A stretch of 60,907 bases of DNA from Chthoniobacteraceae bacterium (GTDB lineage: Bacteria; Verrucomicrobiota; Verrucomicrobiia; Chthoniobacterales; Chthoniobacteraceae): positions 1 to 60,907 of the forward strand of contig JBEBGD010000024.1 in assembly GCA_040081625.1 (NCBI GenBank), in the 5' to 3' direction. The position numbers were made by a program, and so were the translations under genes. The notes under the pieces are model-generated. The model was not told the origin of the DNA. It made no database searches and saw only the letters and a program-made list of their open reading frames with translations. The first letter of the stretch is position 1; the number at the start of each line of letters is the position of its first letter. Shown one piece after another: positions 19,574-29,075 of this stretch.

Positions 19574-20431
19574 GTGCGCATCCTTCTCCCTCTCATCCTC
19601 GTCGCGAGCTGCGCGCTCGCGCTCGACGACTACAAGTCCGACTCGCCCGATCAGCGGGAACAGCCCGGCGTCCCGCGCGGCACGCTCACGAAGATGCCGC
19701 CGTGGGAATCGAAGATTTTCGCCGGCACCACGCGCGACTGGTGGGTGTATATGCCCGCGCAGTTCAAGCCCGACGGCTCCGCGGCGCTGATGATTTTTCA
19801 GGACGGTCACGACTACATCGGCTCGAAGGGGAACTGGCGCGTGCCGATCGTGTTCGACAATCTCATCGCCCGCGGCGAACTGCCGCCGATCCTCGCCGTA
19901 TTCATCAATCCCGGACACGACGCGACCAAGCCCGCGCCGCAGAGCCCGTGGAAGGTTTCCAATCGCAGCGCCGAATACGACTCGCTCGGCGATCGTTATG
20001 CGCGCTTTCTCGTCGAGGAAATCCTGCCCGAAGTTCGCAGGCAGTGGCCCTTCAGCGACGACCCGGATCGCCGCGCGATCTGCGGCGCATCGAGCGGCGG
20101 CATCTGCTCGTTCACCGCCGCGTGGGAGCGGCCGGATCACTTCCGCAAGGTGCTCTCGACGATCGGCAGTTTCACGAACATCCGCGGCGGCAACGCATAT
20201 CCGTATTTGATCCGCAAGACCGAGATCAAACCGCTGCGCGTCTTTCTCCAGGACGGAGCAGGCGACATCGACAACCAGTTCGGCAACTGGCCGCTCGCCA
20301 ACCGGATGATGGCGAAGTCGCTCGACTACATGGGCTACGACGTGCGGTTCGTGCTCGGCGACGGCGCGCACAACAGCAAGCACGGAGGTTCGGTCTTCCC
20401 CGACGCGGTGCGCTGGCTTTGGCGGAAGTAG
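19574..20431 (+). CDS. Secreted alpha/beta-hydrolase esterase (enterochelin esterase-like)
   Basis: Probable GTG start 19574 with signal peptide; ESKIFAGTTRDWWVYMP, FQDG, nucleophile GASSGG, GAH. Confidence 0.85.
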   Translation: MRILLPLILVASCALALDDYKSDSPDQREQPGVPRGTLTKMPPWESKIFAGTTRDWWVYMPAQFKPDGSAALMIFQDGHDYIGSKGNWRVPIVFDNLIARGELPPILAVFINPGHDATKPAPQSPWKVSNRSAEYDSLGDRYARFLVEEILPEVRRQWPFSDDPDRRAICGASSGGICSFTAAWERPDHFRKVLSTIGSFTNIRGGNAYPYLIRKTEIKPLRVFLQDGAGDIDNQFGNWPLANRMMAKSLDYMGYDVRFVLGDGAHNSKHGGSVFPDAVRWLWRK

Positions 20432-20437
20432 AGCCGC

Positions 20438-21286
20438 CTAGTTCTTTCGCGGCGGCGTCTGGCCCGGCAGGTCGGCGAAGAGAATGCTGCCCTTCATCGC
20501 GTTCGCGCCGAAGTCGGAGCCCGGCTGCACGCCGTGATCTTCAGTGCCGCTGGCCTTGATCACGAGCCTCGCTGCGGCCGACGGCTGTTTCACCGGCTCG
20601 GTCCCCACCTTCACCGAGGCCGTCTCGACTTTCTTTTGCGCAACGAGCACCGGCGCTCTGGTCTTCGCAAGCTCGGGCTTCACCGGCTCCTTTGCGGCGA
20701 TCAGCGGCAGCGGCGCAGGCGGGCTCCAGCGCTTCACGCGCGGCAGCTTCTCCTGCTGGATGGTCACCAGCGCGCCGACCGGCAGCATGTCGAAAAGCTC
20801 CATCACTTCGCGCGAGCGCATCCGGATGCAGCCGTAGCTGACCGGCTTGCCGATCTTCCCCTCCTCGACCGTGCCGTGGATGTAGATGCCGCGGGCGCGT
20901 GAGCGCTCATTGCAATCCTCGAGGCCGTCGAGCCAGATGATGCGCGTAACGATCGGGTCCCGGCCGCGCGCATTGACCGGCAGCACTTCGCCGGTCGCGT
21001 TGCGGTGGGTCAGCACCGCGCCCGCGGGCAGGCCGGCGCCGATCTTCTCGCACACACGCAACCGGCCGAGCGGCGTCTTGTAGCTGCCGAACGAATCGCC
21101 CAGCCCAAACTTCGACGTGGAGACCGAAAACTTCTGCACCCACATCCCGTCGCGCAAGACGACGAGCTTCTGCTCAGCGACGCTGATTCGGACTTCGATG
21201 GTCTCGGGCTGCTCCTGGCCGAACGCCGCAGCGCCCAGCCAGGCGAACGCGAAAAGAGCAGTAATCGCAAGTGACGGACGCTGCAT
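20438..21286 (-). CDS. L,D-transpeptidase (YkuD family) with Pro/Lys-rich tail
   Basis: ATG 21286, signal peptide; VSTSK..G, TPLG, IYIHGT, SYGCIRM catalytic motif. Confidence 0.92.
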   Translation of the reverse strand: MQRPSLAITALFAFAWLGAAAFGQEQPETIEVRISVAEQKLVVLRDGMWVQKFSVSTSKFGLGDSFGSYKTPLGRLRVCEKIGAGLPAGAVLTHRNATGEVLPVNARGRDPIVTRIIWLDGLEDCNERSRARGIYIHGTVEEGKIGKPVSYGCIRMRSREVMELFDMLPVGALVTIQQEKLPRVKRWSPPAPLPLIAAKEPVKPELAKTRAPVLVAQKKVETASVKVGTEPVKQPSAAARLVIKASGTEDHGVQPGSDFGANAMKGSILFADLPGQTPPRKN

Positions 21287-21363
21287 GACGGCGGCGCTTT
21301 TAGCGGCGGATTCCGGGCCCGGCAAGGCGCGTTTTGAATCACCCGCCCCCCGCGTCAAACGCC

Positions 21364-23862
21364 TCACTCCTTCCCCTCGACCACGAGCACGCAGCGAAAA
21401 CCGTAGATCACTTCGTGCCCGGTGGGATCGACCACGTTGCGGTAGCTGAGTGAAAGCTCGGCGGGCTTGTCTGTCGCCCACGAGCCGCCGCGCAGCACGC
21501 CCCAGCGCGAGCCGGGGCTGTAGGGCTCGAGGATCCACTGCCACGCATTCCCGCTCATGTCGTGCAGGCCGAGCTTGTTTGCGGCGAAGCTGCCGACTGG
21601 CGAGGTCTGCGGGAAGCCGTCGTGATAGCCCGCGATGCTCGCCTGACCGCTGCGCTTGAGCGAAGTGTCGGCAAAATTTCCCGAACCCGGAGGCGGCGGC
21701 CACTGCTTGCCCCACGCAAACTCGCGCACTTTGCCATCGCGCTCCTCGGGCGTCTTGCGTCCTTCATCCGCGAGCCCGGCCGCGGCGCTCCACTCGAGGT
21801 CGGCGGGCAGCCGATATCTCTGACCCTCCGCGAGCTTGCCCGCCGCGCTCTCCATCTCCGTGAGCCATTTGCAGAAGTCCTCCGCATCCTTGTAGCTCAC
21901 CCGCACCACCGGATGATTCTCGTCCTGCGCAAAATCCGCCCTCGGCTCCGTCCGACCCTTGGCTGCGGCGAATACCGCGAAGTCGCGCACGCGCGTGAGC
22001 CACACCGCCATGAGCACGTCGGCAAACGGCCCATCGCCGGCCGCGATCGGCGCGAACTTCATCCCGAGGCTGTTCTCCCAAGGCTGTCCGCGCTGGGGCC
22101 CGACGCGCATCGCAAAACTCTTTCCGAGGAAAGTCTGCTCGCCCGGCTTCACCACGCCATCGAGCGGCAGCGGCTCGAAGCCGGCGAGCCGCAGTTCGAA
22201 GTGGATCGGGCCGGGCTCGCGGTCCTCGAGCAGCAGCGGCGTCTGGCCGATCTCGCTGCCATTTTCGATCACGCTCGCCCCTCCGGGCGCGCTCGTGATC
22301 TTCACGCTGCCCGGCGGGAAATCGAACATCAACTCGGCGGGCTTTGCGGGATCGACATTCACGCTGCGTCGCTGATCCGGCCACCGGCGATACTTCGCCA
22401 CGATCTCGTGCGGTCCATCGGGCAGCGTGAGCGTGAGCGGCGTCTGCCCCGCCGGCTTTCCATCGACGACGATCACCACGCCGCGCGGCAGGCTTGCGAT
22501 CGCGACACTGCCCTCGGGGAAGACGACATCGAGAGTCGTCGTCTCTTCGCGCCGGATCTCGACCGGCATGCTCCGCTCCCGCCCGTCGAGCCGCGCGACG
22601 AGCGTGTATTCGCCGGTGAAAAGACCGCGCAACTCTGCGGGCAGCCTGCCGGCTTTCACCACGCCACTTCCGTCGCGCAACTCAAAGGTGGCGCCCGTCG
22701 GAGTCGAGTCGAGTTGCGCCGCACCATGGCTGCGCGTGAGCGGGATGGCCGGCAGCCGCGCATTCTTCTCCCCCTCGATCGTCACCCTGCGCTGCTCCGG
22801 CTCGTAACCGGGCATCATCACGCGCACGTTTTGCTCGCCGACCGGCAGGCTGTCGAAGTGCGCCGGACTGCGCACCATGCGGTCGCCGATCAGCACCATC
22901 GCGCCGGGCGGGTCGGTCTCGATCGTCGCCGAGCCGCGTGCGACCGCGAGACGCGCGTAGTAGGCGCCGCCCCCGCCGAGCAGCAGCACCGCGACGAGCA
23001 CGAGCGGCCAGCGGCCCCCGCCCAGCCGCTGGAGCGGTTTTCCCTCGCGGATGCGCGCGAGGTCGGCGTGCATCTGCTCGACTCGCTCGTAACGCTCGGC
23101 GGAGTCATTCGCGCACGCGCGCAGGAAGACGTCGTTGAGCCGCATCAGCAGCTCCTTGTCGGGCAGTTCGTCGAGGTCCGTGTTCAGCGCGGGGAACTCC
23201 AGCCGGTCTTTCCCCATCGCGAGTTCGTAGAGCACCTTGCCGAGGCTGAAGATATCGCCCTGCGCGGTCCCCGGCCCTTCCGGCGGAACGTAGCCTTCCG
23301 TGCCGACATACGACGCCTGCCCGCTCGCCGCGACGAGCCCGATGTCCGCGATCTTCGGCCGGCCGCCGACGAAGATGATATTCGCCGGCTTGATGTCGCG
23401 ATGCACGAGCCCTTCGCGATGAAGTGCCGCGAGGCTCTCGCTGAGCGACAGGCCGAGCGTGATGACTTCGTCGGCCAGCAGGCGCGAGCGCCGTGAGAGC
23501 TCGGTCTTGAGCGTCTTCGGCACGTAGCTCGTCGGGTCGATGTGCTGCCCGCCCGTGTGATCGTCGGCCAGCTCCATCACGTAGTAGAAGAACTCGTCCG
23601 CCTCATCTCGGCCCACGTGCAGGATATCGACGAAGCCCGCATGCTCGCGTGAGATCGGCTCGAAGCGCGCCATCCCATCGAACTCGCGCTGAAACGCCGT
23701 CACGCTCTCGAACGTGCGCCGGTCCACGATCTTCACCGCGCGCATGATCCCGAGTTCGCTGCGCGCCATCCAGATCTCACCATACGAACCGCGGCCGATC
23801 ACGCGGACCAGCTCGTGATTCGGCACGCGCGGAGGCTCGTGTGGATTTGGATCGGCGGACAT
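21364..23862 (-). CDS. Membrane Ser/Thr protein kinase with PEGA repeats and C-terminal FGE/SUMF1-like domain
   Basis: ATG 23862; GRGSYG, AVK, HRDIKPAN, DIG, GTEGYVPPE; one TM helix; repeated TDPPGA/STPTGA/SAPGGA..G.TP PEGA units; ENSLGMKF, HPVVRVS, RLP...EW, DMSGNAWQW, RGGSW, GFRCV. Confidence 0.92.
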   Translation of the reverse strand: MSADPNPHEPPRVPNHELVRVIGRGSYGEIWMARSELGIMRAVKIVDRRTFESVTAFQREFDGMARFEPISREHAGFVDILHVGRDEADEFFYYVMELADDHTGGQHIDPTSYVPKTLKTELSRRSRLLADEVITLGLSLSESLAALHREGLVHRDIKPANIIFVGGRPKIADIGLVAASGQASYVGTEGYVPPEGPGTAQGDIFSLGKVLYELAMGKDRLEFPALNTDLDELPDKELLMRLNDVFLRACANDSAERYERVEQMHADLARIREGKPLQRLGGGRWPLVLVAVLLLGGGGAYYARLAVARGSATIETDPPGAMVLIGDRMVRSPAHFDSLPVGEQNVRVMMPGYEPEQRRVTIEGEKNARLPAIPLTRSHGAAQLDSTPTGATFELRDGSGVVKAGRLPAELRGLFTGEYTLVARLDGRERSMPVEIRREETTTLDVVFPEGSVAIASLPRGVVIVVDGKPAGQTPLTLTLPDGPHEIVAKYRRWPDQRRSVNVDPAKPAELMFDFPPGSVKITSAPGGASVIENGSEIGQTPLLLEDREPGPIHFELRLAGFEPLPLDGVVKPGEQTFLGKSFAMRVGPQRGQPWENSLGMKFAPIAAGDGPFADVLMAVWLTRVRDFAVFAAAKGRTEPRADFAQDENHPVVRVSYKDAEDFCKWLTEMESAAGKLAEGQRYRLPADLEWSAAAGLADEGRKTPEERDGKVREFAWGKQWPPPPGSGNFADTSLKRSGQASIAGYHDGFPQTSPVGSFAANKLGLHDMSGNAWQWILEPYSPGSRWGVLRGGSWATDKPAELSLSYRNVVDPTGHEVIYGFRCVLVVEGKE

Positions 23863-23863
23863 C

Positions 23864-23994
23864 AGGGGATGACGAATGACGAATGTCGAATGACGAAACA
23901 ATGACGAATGACGAGTGATCGAGTGGTGCAGCACCGGTCATTCGTCCTTGAGTCATTCACTCGACATTCGTCATCCGACATCCGTCATTCCCCT
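23864..23994. repeat. Inverted heptamer arrays (ATGACGA)n ... (TCGTCAT)n forming a long imperfect palindrome
   Basis: Left AGGGGATGACGAATGACGAATGTCGAATGACGA...; right ...TCGACATTCGTCATCCGACATCCGTCATTCCCCT; central GGTGC-A-GCACC. Confidence 0.85.
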
Positions 23995-23996
23995 CC

Positions 23997-25541
23997 GTGC
24001 TCCCGACTGAAAAGCCCGACTTCAAAATCAAGCTCCGCGACGTGCCGCACAAGCCGGGCGTGTATCTGCACCGCGACCGGTTCCAGCGCGTGATCTACGT
24101 CGGCAAGGCGCGCGACCTCCGCAAACGGCTCAGCCAATATTTCACCCCGTCCAAGGCGATGCGCGCCGACCTCAAGACGCAGGCGCTCCTGGATGCGATC
24201 TGGGATTTCGAGTGGCACATCGCGCCGAGCGAACCCGAGGCGCTGCTGCTCGAGGGCCGGCTGATCAAGGAATTCCGCCCGCGCTACAACATCAGCTTCC
24301 GCGACGACAAACGCTTCCTGCTCGTGAAAGTCAACGTGCGCGATGAATGGCCGCGTTTCCGGCTCACGCGCTTCAAGGCCGACGACGGCGCCCGCTATTT
24401 CGGCCCCTTCGCGCACTCCGGCGCACTGCGCCAGACGCTCACCTTCATGCGGAAAAAGTTCGGCGTGCTTACCTTCGGCCGCGGCAACCCGACCGAGCGC
24501 GAGCGCAAATCCTCGACGTATCAGGTGCCGATGAAGCTCGGCGAAATCGACGCCGTGCAATACCGCGAACGGGTCGAGCGCGCGTGCGTCTTTTTCGAGG
24601 GCCAGTCGAAGGAGCTTCTCACCGTGCTCGAGGATGAGATGAAAGCCGCAGCCACGAAGCTCGACTTCGAGCGCGCCGCCGAGCTGCGCAACATGCTCGA
24701 TGACCTGCGGATGACGACGAAGCCGATGGCCCGCTACACGCGCGACCAGCGTCGCCGCCTGCGCACGCATAGCGCCATCGATCCCGTCGCCGATCTCGCC
24801 GCACTCGCCGACGCGCTCGGCCTCGGCGCACCGCCGCGCCGGATGGAGTGCTTCGACATCTCGAACATCAGCACCACGCACATCGTCGCCAGCATGGTCT
24901 GCTTCATCGAGGGCCGGCCCGCGAACGAACTCTACCGCCGCTTTCGCATCAAGAGCGTCAAGGGTCAGGACGACTTCGCGAGCATGGCCGAAGTCGTGCG
25001 CCGCCGCTACGCGCGGGCGCTTCGGGAAGGCGCTGCCGCATTCTCCGATGCCGCGGAGTATTCGCAGGAGAGCTCGGGCGAAGCGATGGCCCGGCTCTCA
25101 AGCCAACTGCCTGACCTCATCATCGTCGATGGCGGCAAAGGCCAGCTCAGCGCCGCGTGCGCCGAGCTTCAGCACCTCGGCTTGCACGACCAGCCGATCA
25201 TCGGTCTCGCGAAGGAGTTCGAGGAAATCTATCGCCCCGGTCGTCCCCTCCCGTTGCGCCTGCTGCACGATAGCGGCGCGTTGAAACTGCTCCAGCGCAT
25301 CCGCGACGAAGCGCACCGCTTCGCGAACGGCTATCACCAATTGCTGATGAAGCGTCGCATCGCCGAGAGCGTGCTCGACGATTGTCCCGGCATCTCGCAG
25401 GCGCGGAGAAATCTCCTGCTCCAGGCGTTCGGCAGCGTCGCCCGCCTGCGCCGCGCGAGTGTCGGGCAGATCGCCGAGGTCGAAGGCATCGGCCGGAAAC
25501 TCGCCGAGCAACTCGTGCAGTTTCTCGCGGAACGGAAGTAG
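23997..25541 (+). CDS. uvrC: Excinuclease ABC subunit C (compact form)
   Basis: GTG start; PGVY...IYVGKARDLRKR, EALLLE, PRYN, YFGPF, UVR LDFERAAELR, ECFDISN, DDFASM, VDGGKGQL, IRDEAHRFA, HhH tail. Confidence 0.96.
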   Translation: MLPTEKPDFKIKLRDVPHKPGVYLHRDRFQRVIYVGKARDLRKRLSQYFTPSKAMRADLKTQALLDAIWDFEWHIAPSEPEALLLEGRLIKEFRPRYNISFRDDKRFLLVKVNVRDEWPRFRLTRFKADDGARYFGPFAHSGALRQTLTFMRKKFGVLTFGRGNPTERERKSSTYQVPMKLGEIDAVQYRERVERACVFFEGQSKELLTVLEDEMKAAATKLDFERAAELRNMLDDLRMTTKPMARYTRDQRRRLRTHSAIDPVADLAALADALGLGAPPRRMECFDISNISTTHIVASMVCFIEGRPANELYRRFRIKSVKGQDDFASMAEVVRRRYARALREGAAAFSDAAEYSQESSGEAMARLSSQLPDLIIVDGGKGQLSAACAELQHLGLHDQPIIGLAKEFEEIYRPGRPLPLRLLHDSGALKLLQRIRDEAHRFANGYHQLLMKRRIAESVLDDCPGISQARRNLLLQAFGSVARLRRASVGQIAEVEGIGRKLAEQLVQFLAERK

Positions 25542-25605
25542 TTCGGATGTGCTCGCGGGCGGAAATCGAGGCGACAGTGCCTGACCATCCCCGGCGGCGG
25601 TCGTC

Positions 25606-27615
25606 TTAGCGCAACACGACGCGCGGGGCGACCCACGTAGCCCAGTCGTAGGCGGGATCGGCGAGTGCATCGACGATGAAGGCGATGCTGACTTCGCGAC
25701 CGCGGAAGTCGGCGAGATCGATCTCTGCGGGCACGCGTTCCGTCCCCTTGAGCTGGCGCGCGAAGACTTCGCGTCCGTCGATCTCGACGGCGAAGGCGGC
25801 GCCGTTGCTCTTCGCGTCGTTCAGCAGTGCGTCAAAGACGAGCAGGCAGCGCTCCGCATCCGCGGCGGGGATGGCGACGCGATAAGTCAGCAGCCCGCGC
25901 TCCTTCGGCTTTGGATGCTGCTGCAGCGCGTCCTGCTGCACTTCGTCGGCCGGGCCGATGCGCCGTAGCTCGACCGCTTGCACATTCTCCTGCTGCGCCG
26001 TCGCGCGCTGCGCGACGAAGTCGAACACGACGCGCCCGGGTTCGCGCCTCACCGGTCGCGGCGGATCGAACTTCGTCGCGACGACATTGCTCCAGTTCTT
26101 TCGCCCGACGATCGGCAGCGCGAATGCGAACGCGGTGTCTTCTTCCGGCGTGCCGGCTTTTTGCACGACGTCCCAGATTTTCCGCGCGCGCCCGACGCCG
26201 AGGATGTTCGGTGAGCCGTCGTGGTCGCGCAGGCCGCAGTGGAGGCCGTGCTCGTGCGGATGATCGACGTGCCGGTGGTAAAGGAACGACTCGATGTCCG
26301 GCAGCGCCTGCACCTTCTTCCACGCGAGCGCAAAGGCCGCGGCTTGCGCCTCTTCGTCGCCGGACTTGTCGCCGCAGTGGAATCCCTGCTCGGTCAGCGC
26401 GATGCGGCGCGGCCTTCCCGCGAAAAGGAAACGCGGCTGGCGCATGAAGGCGGGGAGCACCTCGAGATTGTGGAAGGTCAGCCGCGGCGCGTCGAAGCGC
26501 AGCGGCGCGGTCTTGTCGTTCCAGAATCGCGGCTGGAACAGATTCTCCGGGTAGGGGTGATGCGCGAGGTGCCACGGGAAATCGCCCTCGCGTTTCGCGC
26601 GCGCGTTCACGCCTTCGAGCACCTCGACTCCGCTGAATCCCATCTGCCGGTCCTTCGACGCCGGCATCGTCCAGTGATGCTCGAGCGAGACGTAGATCGG
26701 GAAGTCCGCGTGGACCCGGCGCGTGGCGAGATCGGCCACGCGGAGCGCCGCGGTGTATTCGCGGATCACCACGTCGGGCTCGACTTTGCCGAGATGATAC
26801 CAGGTCCAGTGGCTCTGCACTTCGTTGCCGATCACGAGCCCGCCGAGCTGGCCGAACGGCGCACCGGGCCGCGTGTAGCGCTCGACGAGCCAGTGCAGGA
26901 ACGCGCGGAAGTGGAATACGCCTTCTGCGGTCGCGGTGTTGAATGCCGCGGGTCCGATCGGCACGGTGGCGGGATCGCACAGCGGATGCACGAGCGGCGA
27001 CGTGCGCGGCGTCGGCTTGTTCACGAGGTTCAGGAGAATGCCGGTCACGCGGATGCCGGCGCGGTGCATCTCGAGGAGGTCCGCATCGAGCCGGGCGACG
27101 GCGGCGGGGCGCAGGCCGATGGTGCGGCCCTCGTAGTCGAAACTCAGCTTCGGCTTCGCGTCGCCGAGATCGAGCAGGCCGTTCATCGCGATGTTGAGGC
27201 TGGCCTGCTTGAGGCCGAGCGCCATGCCGTCGTCGATCCCGATCAGGGCGCCGACGCCCTTCTTGCTCGCGCGCGAGCCGAGCGGGTGCGTCCGCCGGGG
27301 CAGCACTCCGAAATCCGTGACGTGCTGCGGCTCGCCGAGCGGCTGCCCATCCGCGCGCAACTCGAACTTCGCAAAGAGCCGGTCGCGCAAGCCGTCGAAG
27401 CGCGGGATCGTCGCCCCAGCGCCCTCGCCGGACCACACGACGCGGCCTTCCCCCTCCGCAGCGGAAGTGTGCAGCGGCAGCTCGCGAATCTCCATCGCGC
27501 CGGCGCGCGCTGGCCACGCGAAGCGCAACGCCTCCGGCGTGGCCGATACGCGCATCGGTGGGTCAACGGCCAAGGCCGAGGCAAGCATGAGAAGCGGGAT
27601 GAGCAGGCGGAACAT
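25606..27615 (-). CDS. Secreted putative glycoside hydrolase (DUF5722-like, clan GH-A-like) with C-terminal NPCBM-like module
   Basis: Signal peptide; SKKG, VIGNEVQ, HHPYPENL, IALTEQGF; C-terminal FAVEIDGREVF...DPAYDWATW. Confidence 0.75.
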   Translation of the reverse strand: MFRLLIPLLMLASALAVDPPMRVSATPEALRFAWPARAGAMEIRELPLHTSAAEGEGRVVWSGEGAGATIPRFDGLRDRLFAKFELRADGQPLGEPQHVTDFGVLPRRTHPLGSRASKKGVGALIGIDDGMALGLKQASLNIAMNGLLDLGDAKPKLSFDYEGRTIGLRPAAVARLDADLLEMHRAGIRVTGILLNLVNKPTPRTSPLVHPLCDPATVPIGPAAFNTATAEGVFHFRAFLHWLVERYTRPGAPFGQLGGLVIGNEVQSHWTWYHLGKVEPDVVIREYTAALRVADLATRRVHADFPIYVSLEHHWTMPASKDRQMGFSGVEVLEGVNARAKREGDFPWHLAHHPYPENLFQPRFWNDKTAPLRFDAPRLTFHNLEVLPAFMRQPRFLFAGRPRRIALTEQGFHCGDKSGDEEAQAAAFALAWKKVQALPDIESFLYHRHVDHPHEHGLHCGLRDHDGSPNILGVGRARKIWDVVQKAGTPEEDTAFAFALPIVGRKNWSNVVATKFDPPRPVRREPGRVVFDFVAQRATAQQENVQAVELRRIGPADEVQQDALQQHPKPKERGLLTYRVAIPAADAERCLLVFDALLNDAKSNGAAFAVEIDGREVFARQLKGTERVPAEIDLADFRGREVSIAFIVDALADPAYDWATWVAPRVVLR

Positions 27616-27674
27616 GACGCGATCTTTGACCGGGATGTTTGCCAGCGCACGCGAGTTCGATTCTCATCGGCAGC

Positions 27675-28976
27675 GTGAGCGATACCCTGGCCCTCGAATC
27701 GACAGACCAACCGCGCGTTTTCTCCGTGAGCGAGATCACGCGGGCAGTGCGTGGCGTGCTCGAGGAGGCGATCGGCGACGTGTGGGTCGAGGGCGAGGTG
27801 AGCAACTATCGCAAGCAGGCGAGCGGACATCAGTATTTCACGCTCAAGGACGCGGAGTGCCAGCTCTCGTGCGTGCTCTTCGCGCGCGGCGTGTGGCGGA
27901 AGCAAGCGGCGCTCGCGGACGGGATGCAGGTGCGCGCACGCGGGAAGCTGACGGTGTATGAGGCGCGCGGGCAGTATCAGCTCAATGTGCAGAGCGTGGA
28001 GGCGGCGGGCGCGGGGCTGTTGCAGGCGAAGTTCGAGGCGCTCAAGCGGCGACTGCACGCGGAGGGATTGTTCGACGAGGAGCGGAAGCGCCCGCTGCCG
28101 CGTTTCCCGGCGACGGTCGCGCTCGTCACTTCACCGACGGGCGCGGCGCTGCGCGATATGCTGAACATCTTCACGCGCCGCGCGCCGTGGCTGCGGCTGA
28201 TCGTCGCGCCGGTGCGCGTGCAGGGCGATGGCTCGGCGGAGGAAATCGCGGCGGCGCTCGCGGAGTTGAACGAGTGGGAAGCGAACGGGTTGCCGCGCGC
28301 GGATGTGATCGTGGTCGGCCGGGGCGGTGGAAGCGCGGAGGATTTGTGGGAGTTCAACGAGGAGATCGTCGCGCGCGCGGTGGTGGCGTCGGCGATCCCG
28401 GTGGTGTCGGCGGTCGGGCACGAGATCGATTTCACGATCTGCGACTTCGCGGCGGACCTGCGCGCGCCGACGCCGAGCGCGGCGGCGGAACTCATCGCGC
28501 CGGACGGAGCGGACTTGTCGCGCCACGTCACGCAGTTCGGAGCGCGGCTGGAACGCCAGACCCGCGGGCAACTCGACGCGGCGGCGCAGCAGCTCGACCT
28601 CGCGGCGGAATCGCTCGCGCGCGGCACTCGCGAGAGGCTCGCGGGATTGCGCGCATGGCTTGCGGAGCGGGCGGCGGCGCTGCGGGAGCACCGGCCCGAT
28701 CAGGTGCTGCGTTTGCGGCGGCAGTCGCTCGCGGCGCTGGCGGAGCAGCTCGCGCGGCGTTTCGCCACGTCGTTCGAGGCGCACGGGCAACGGCTGGCGC
28801 GCGCCGCCGAGCATCTGCGGCTGCTCTCTCCCGAGGCGACGCTCCTGCGCGGGTATTCGATCACCAGCTACGCCGATGGCGCGGTTCTGACTTCAGCATC
28901 CGACGCGAAGGCCGGCGACAAATTGATCACGCGGTTCGCGGACGGCGAGGTGCCGTCGCGAGTCGAGTCAGCTTGA
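27675..28976 (+). CDS. xseA: Exodeoxyribonuclease VII large subunit
   Basis: Probable GTG 27675; VWVEGEVSN, SGHQYFTLKD, TSPTGAA, RGGGS.EDLW.FN, SAVGHEIDFT, RAPTPSAAAE, RGYS. Confidence 0.96.
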   Translation: MSDTLALESTDQPRVFSVSEITRAVRGVLEEAIGDVWVEGEVSNYRKQASGHQYFTLKDAECQLSCVLFARGVWRKQAALADGMQVRARGKLTVYEARGQYQLNVQSVEAAGAGLLQAKFEALKRRLHAEGLFDEERKRPLPRFPATVALVTSPTGAALRDMLNIFTRRAPWLRLIVAPVRVQGDGSAEEIAAALAELNEWEANGLPRADVIVVGRGGGSAEDLWEFNEEIVARAVVASAIPVVSAVGHEIDFTICDFAADLRAPTPSAAAELIAPDGADLSRHVTQFGARLERQTRGQLDAAAQQLDLAAESLARGTRERLAGLRAWLAERAAALREHRPDQVLRLRRQSLAALAEQLARRFATSFEAHGQRLARAAEHLRLLSPEATLLRGYSITSYADGAVLTSASDAKAGDKLITRFADGEVPSRVESA

Positions 28977-29075
28977 GCGGCGCCGGACATTCCGTTCAGG
29001 GTGACTCCGTATTTTTGAGCCGCCCGTGCCAAACGCCTTTTCAACCGCCCGGTGGTCGCTAGACTCGCGCCGCCG

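Noticed and set aside
21364..22100. FGE domains as active formylglycine-generating enzymes or as diversity-generating retroelement targets
   Set aside because: The catalytic Cys pair is absent, and no reverse transcriptase or template repeat was seen in the window.
23863..23934. N-terminal extension MLHHSITRHSSLFRHSTFVIRH of the kinase
   Set aside because: It is the translation of the heptamer repeat array; ATG 23862 is the more plausible start.
23864..23994. Possible CRISPR array
   Set aside because: The units are 7-nt tandem and inverted, with no unique spacers and no cas genes.
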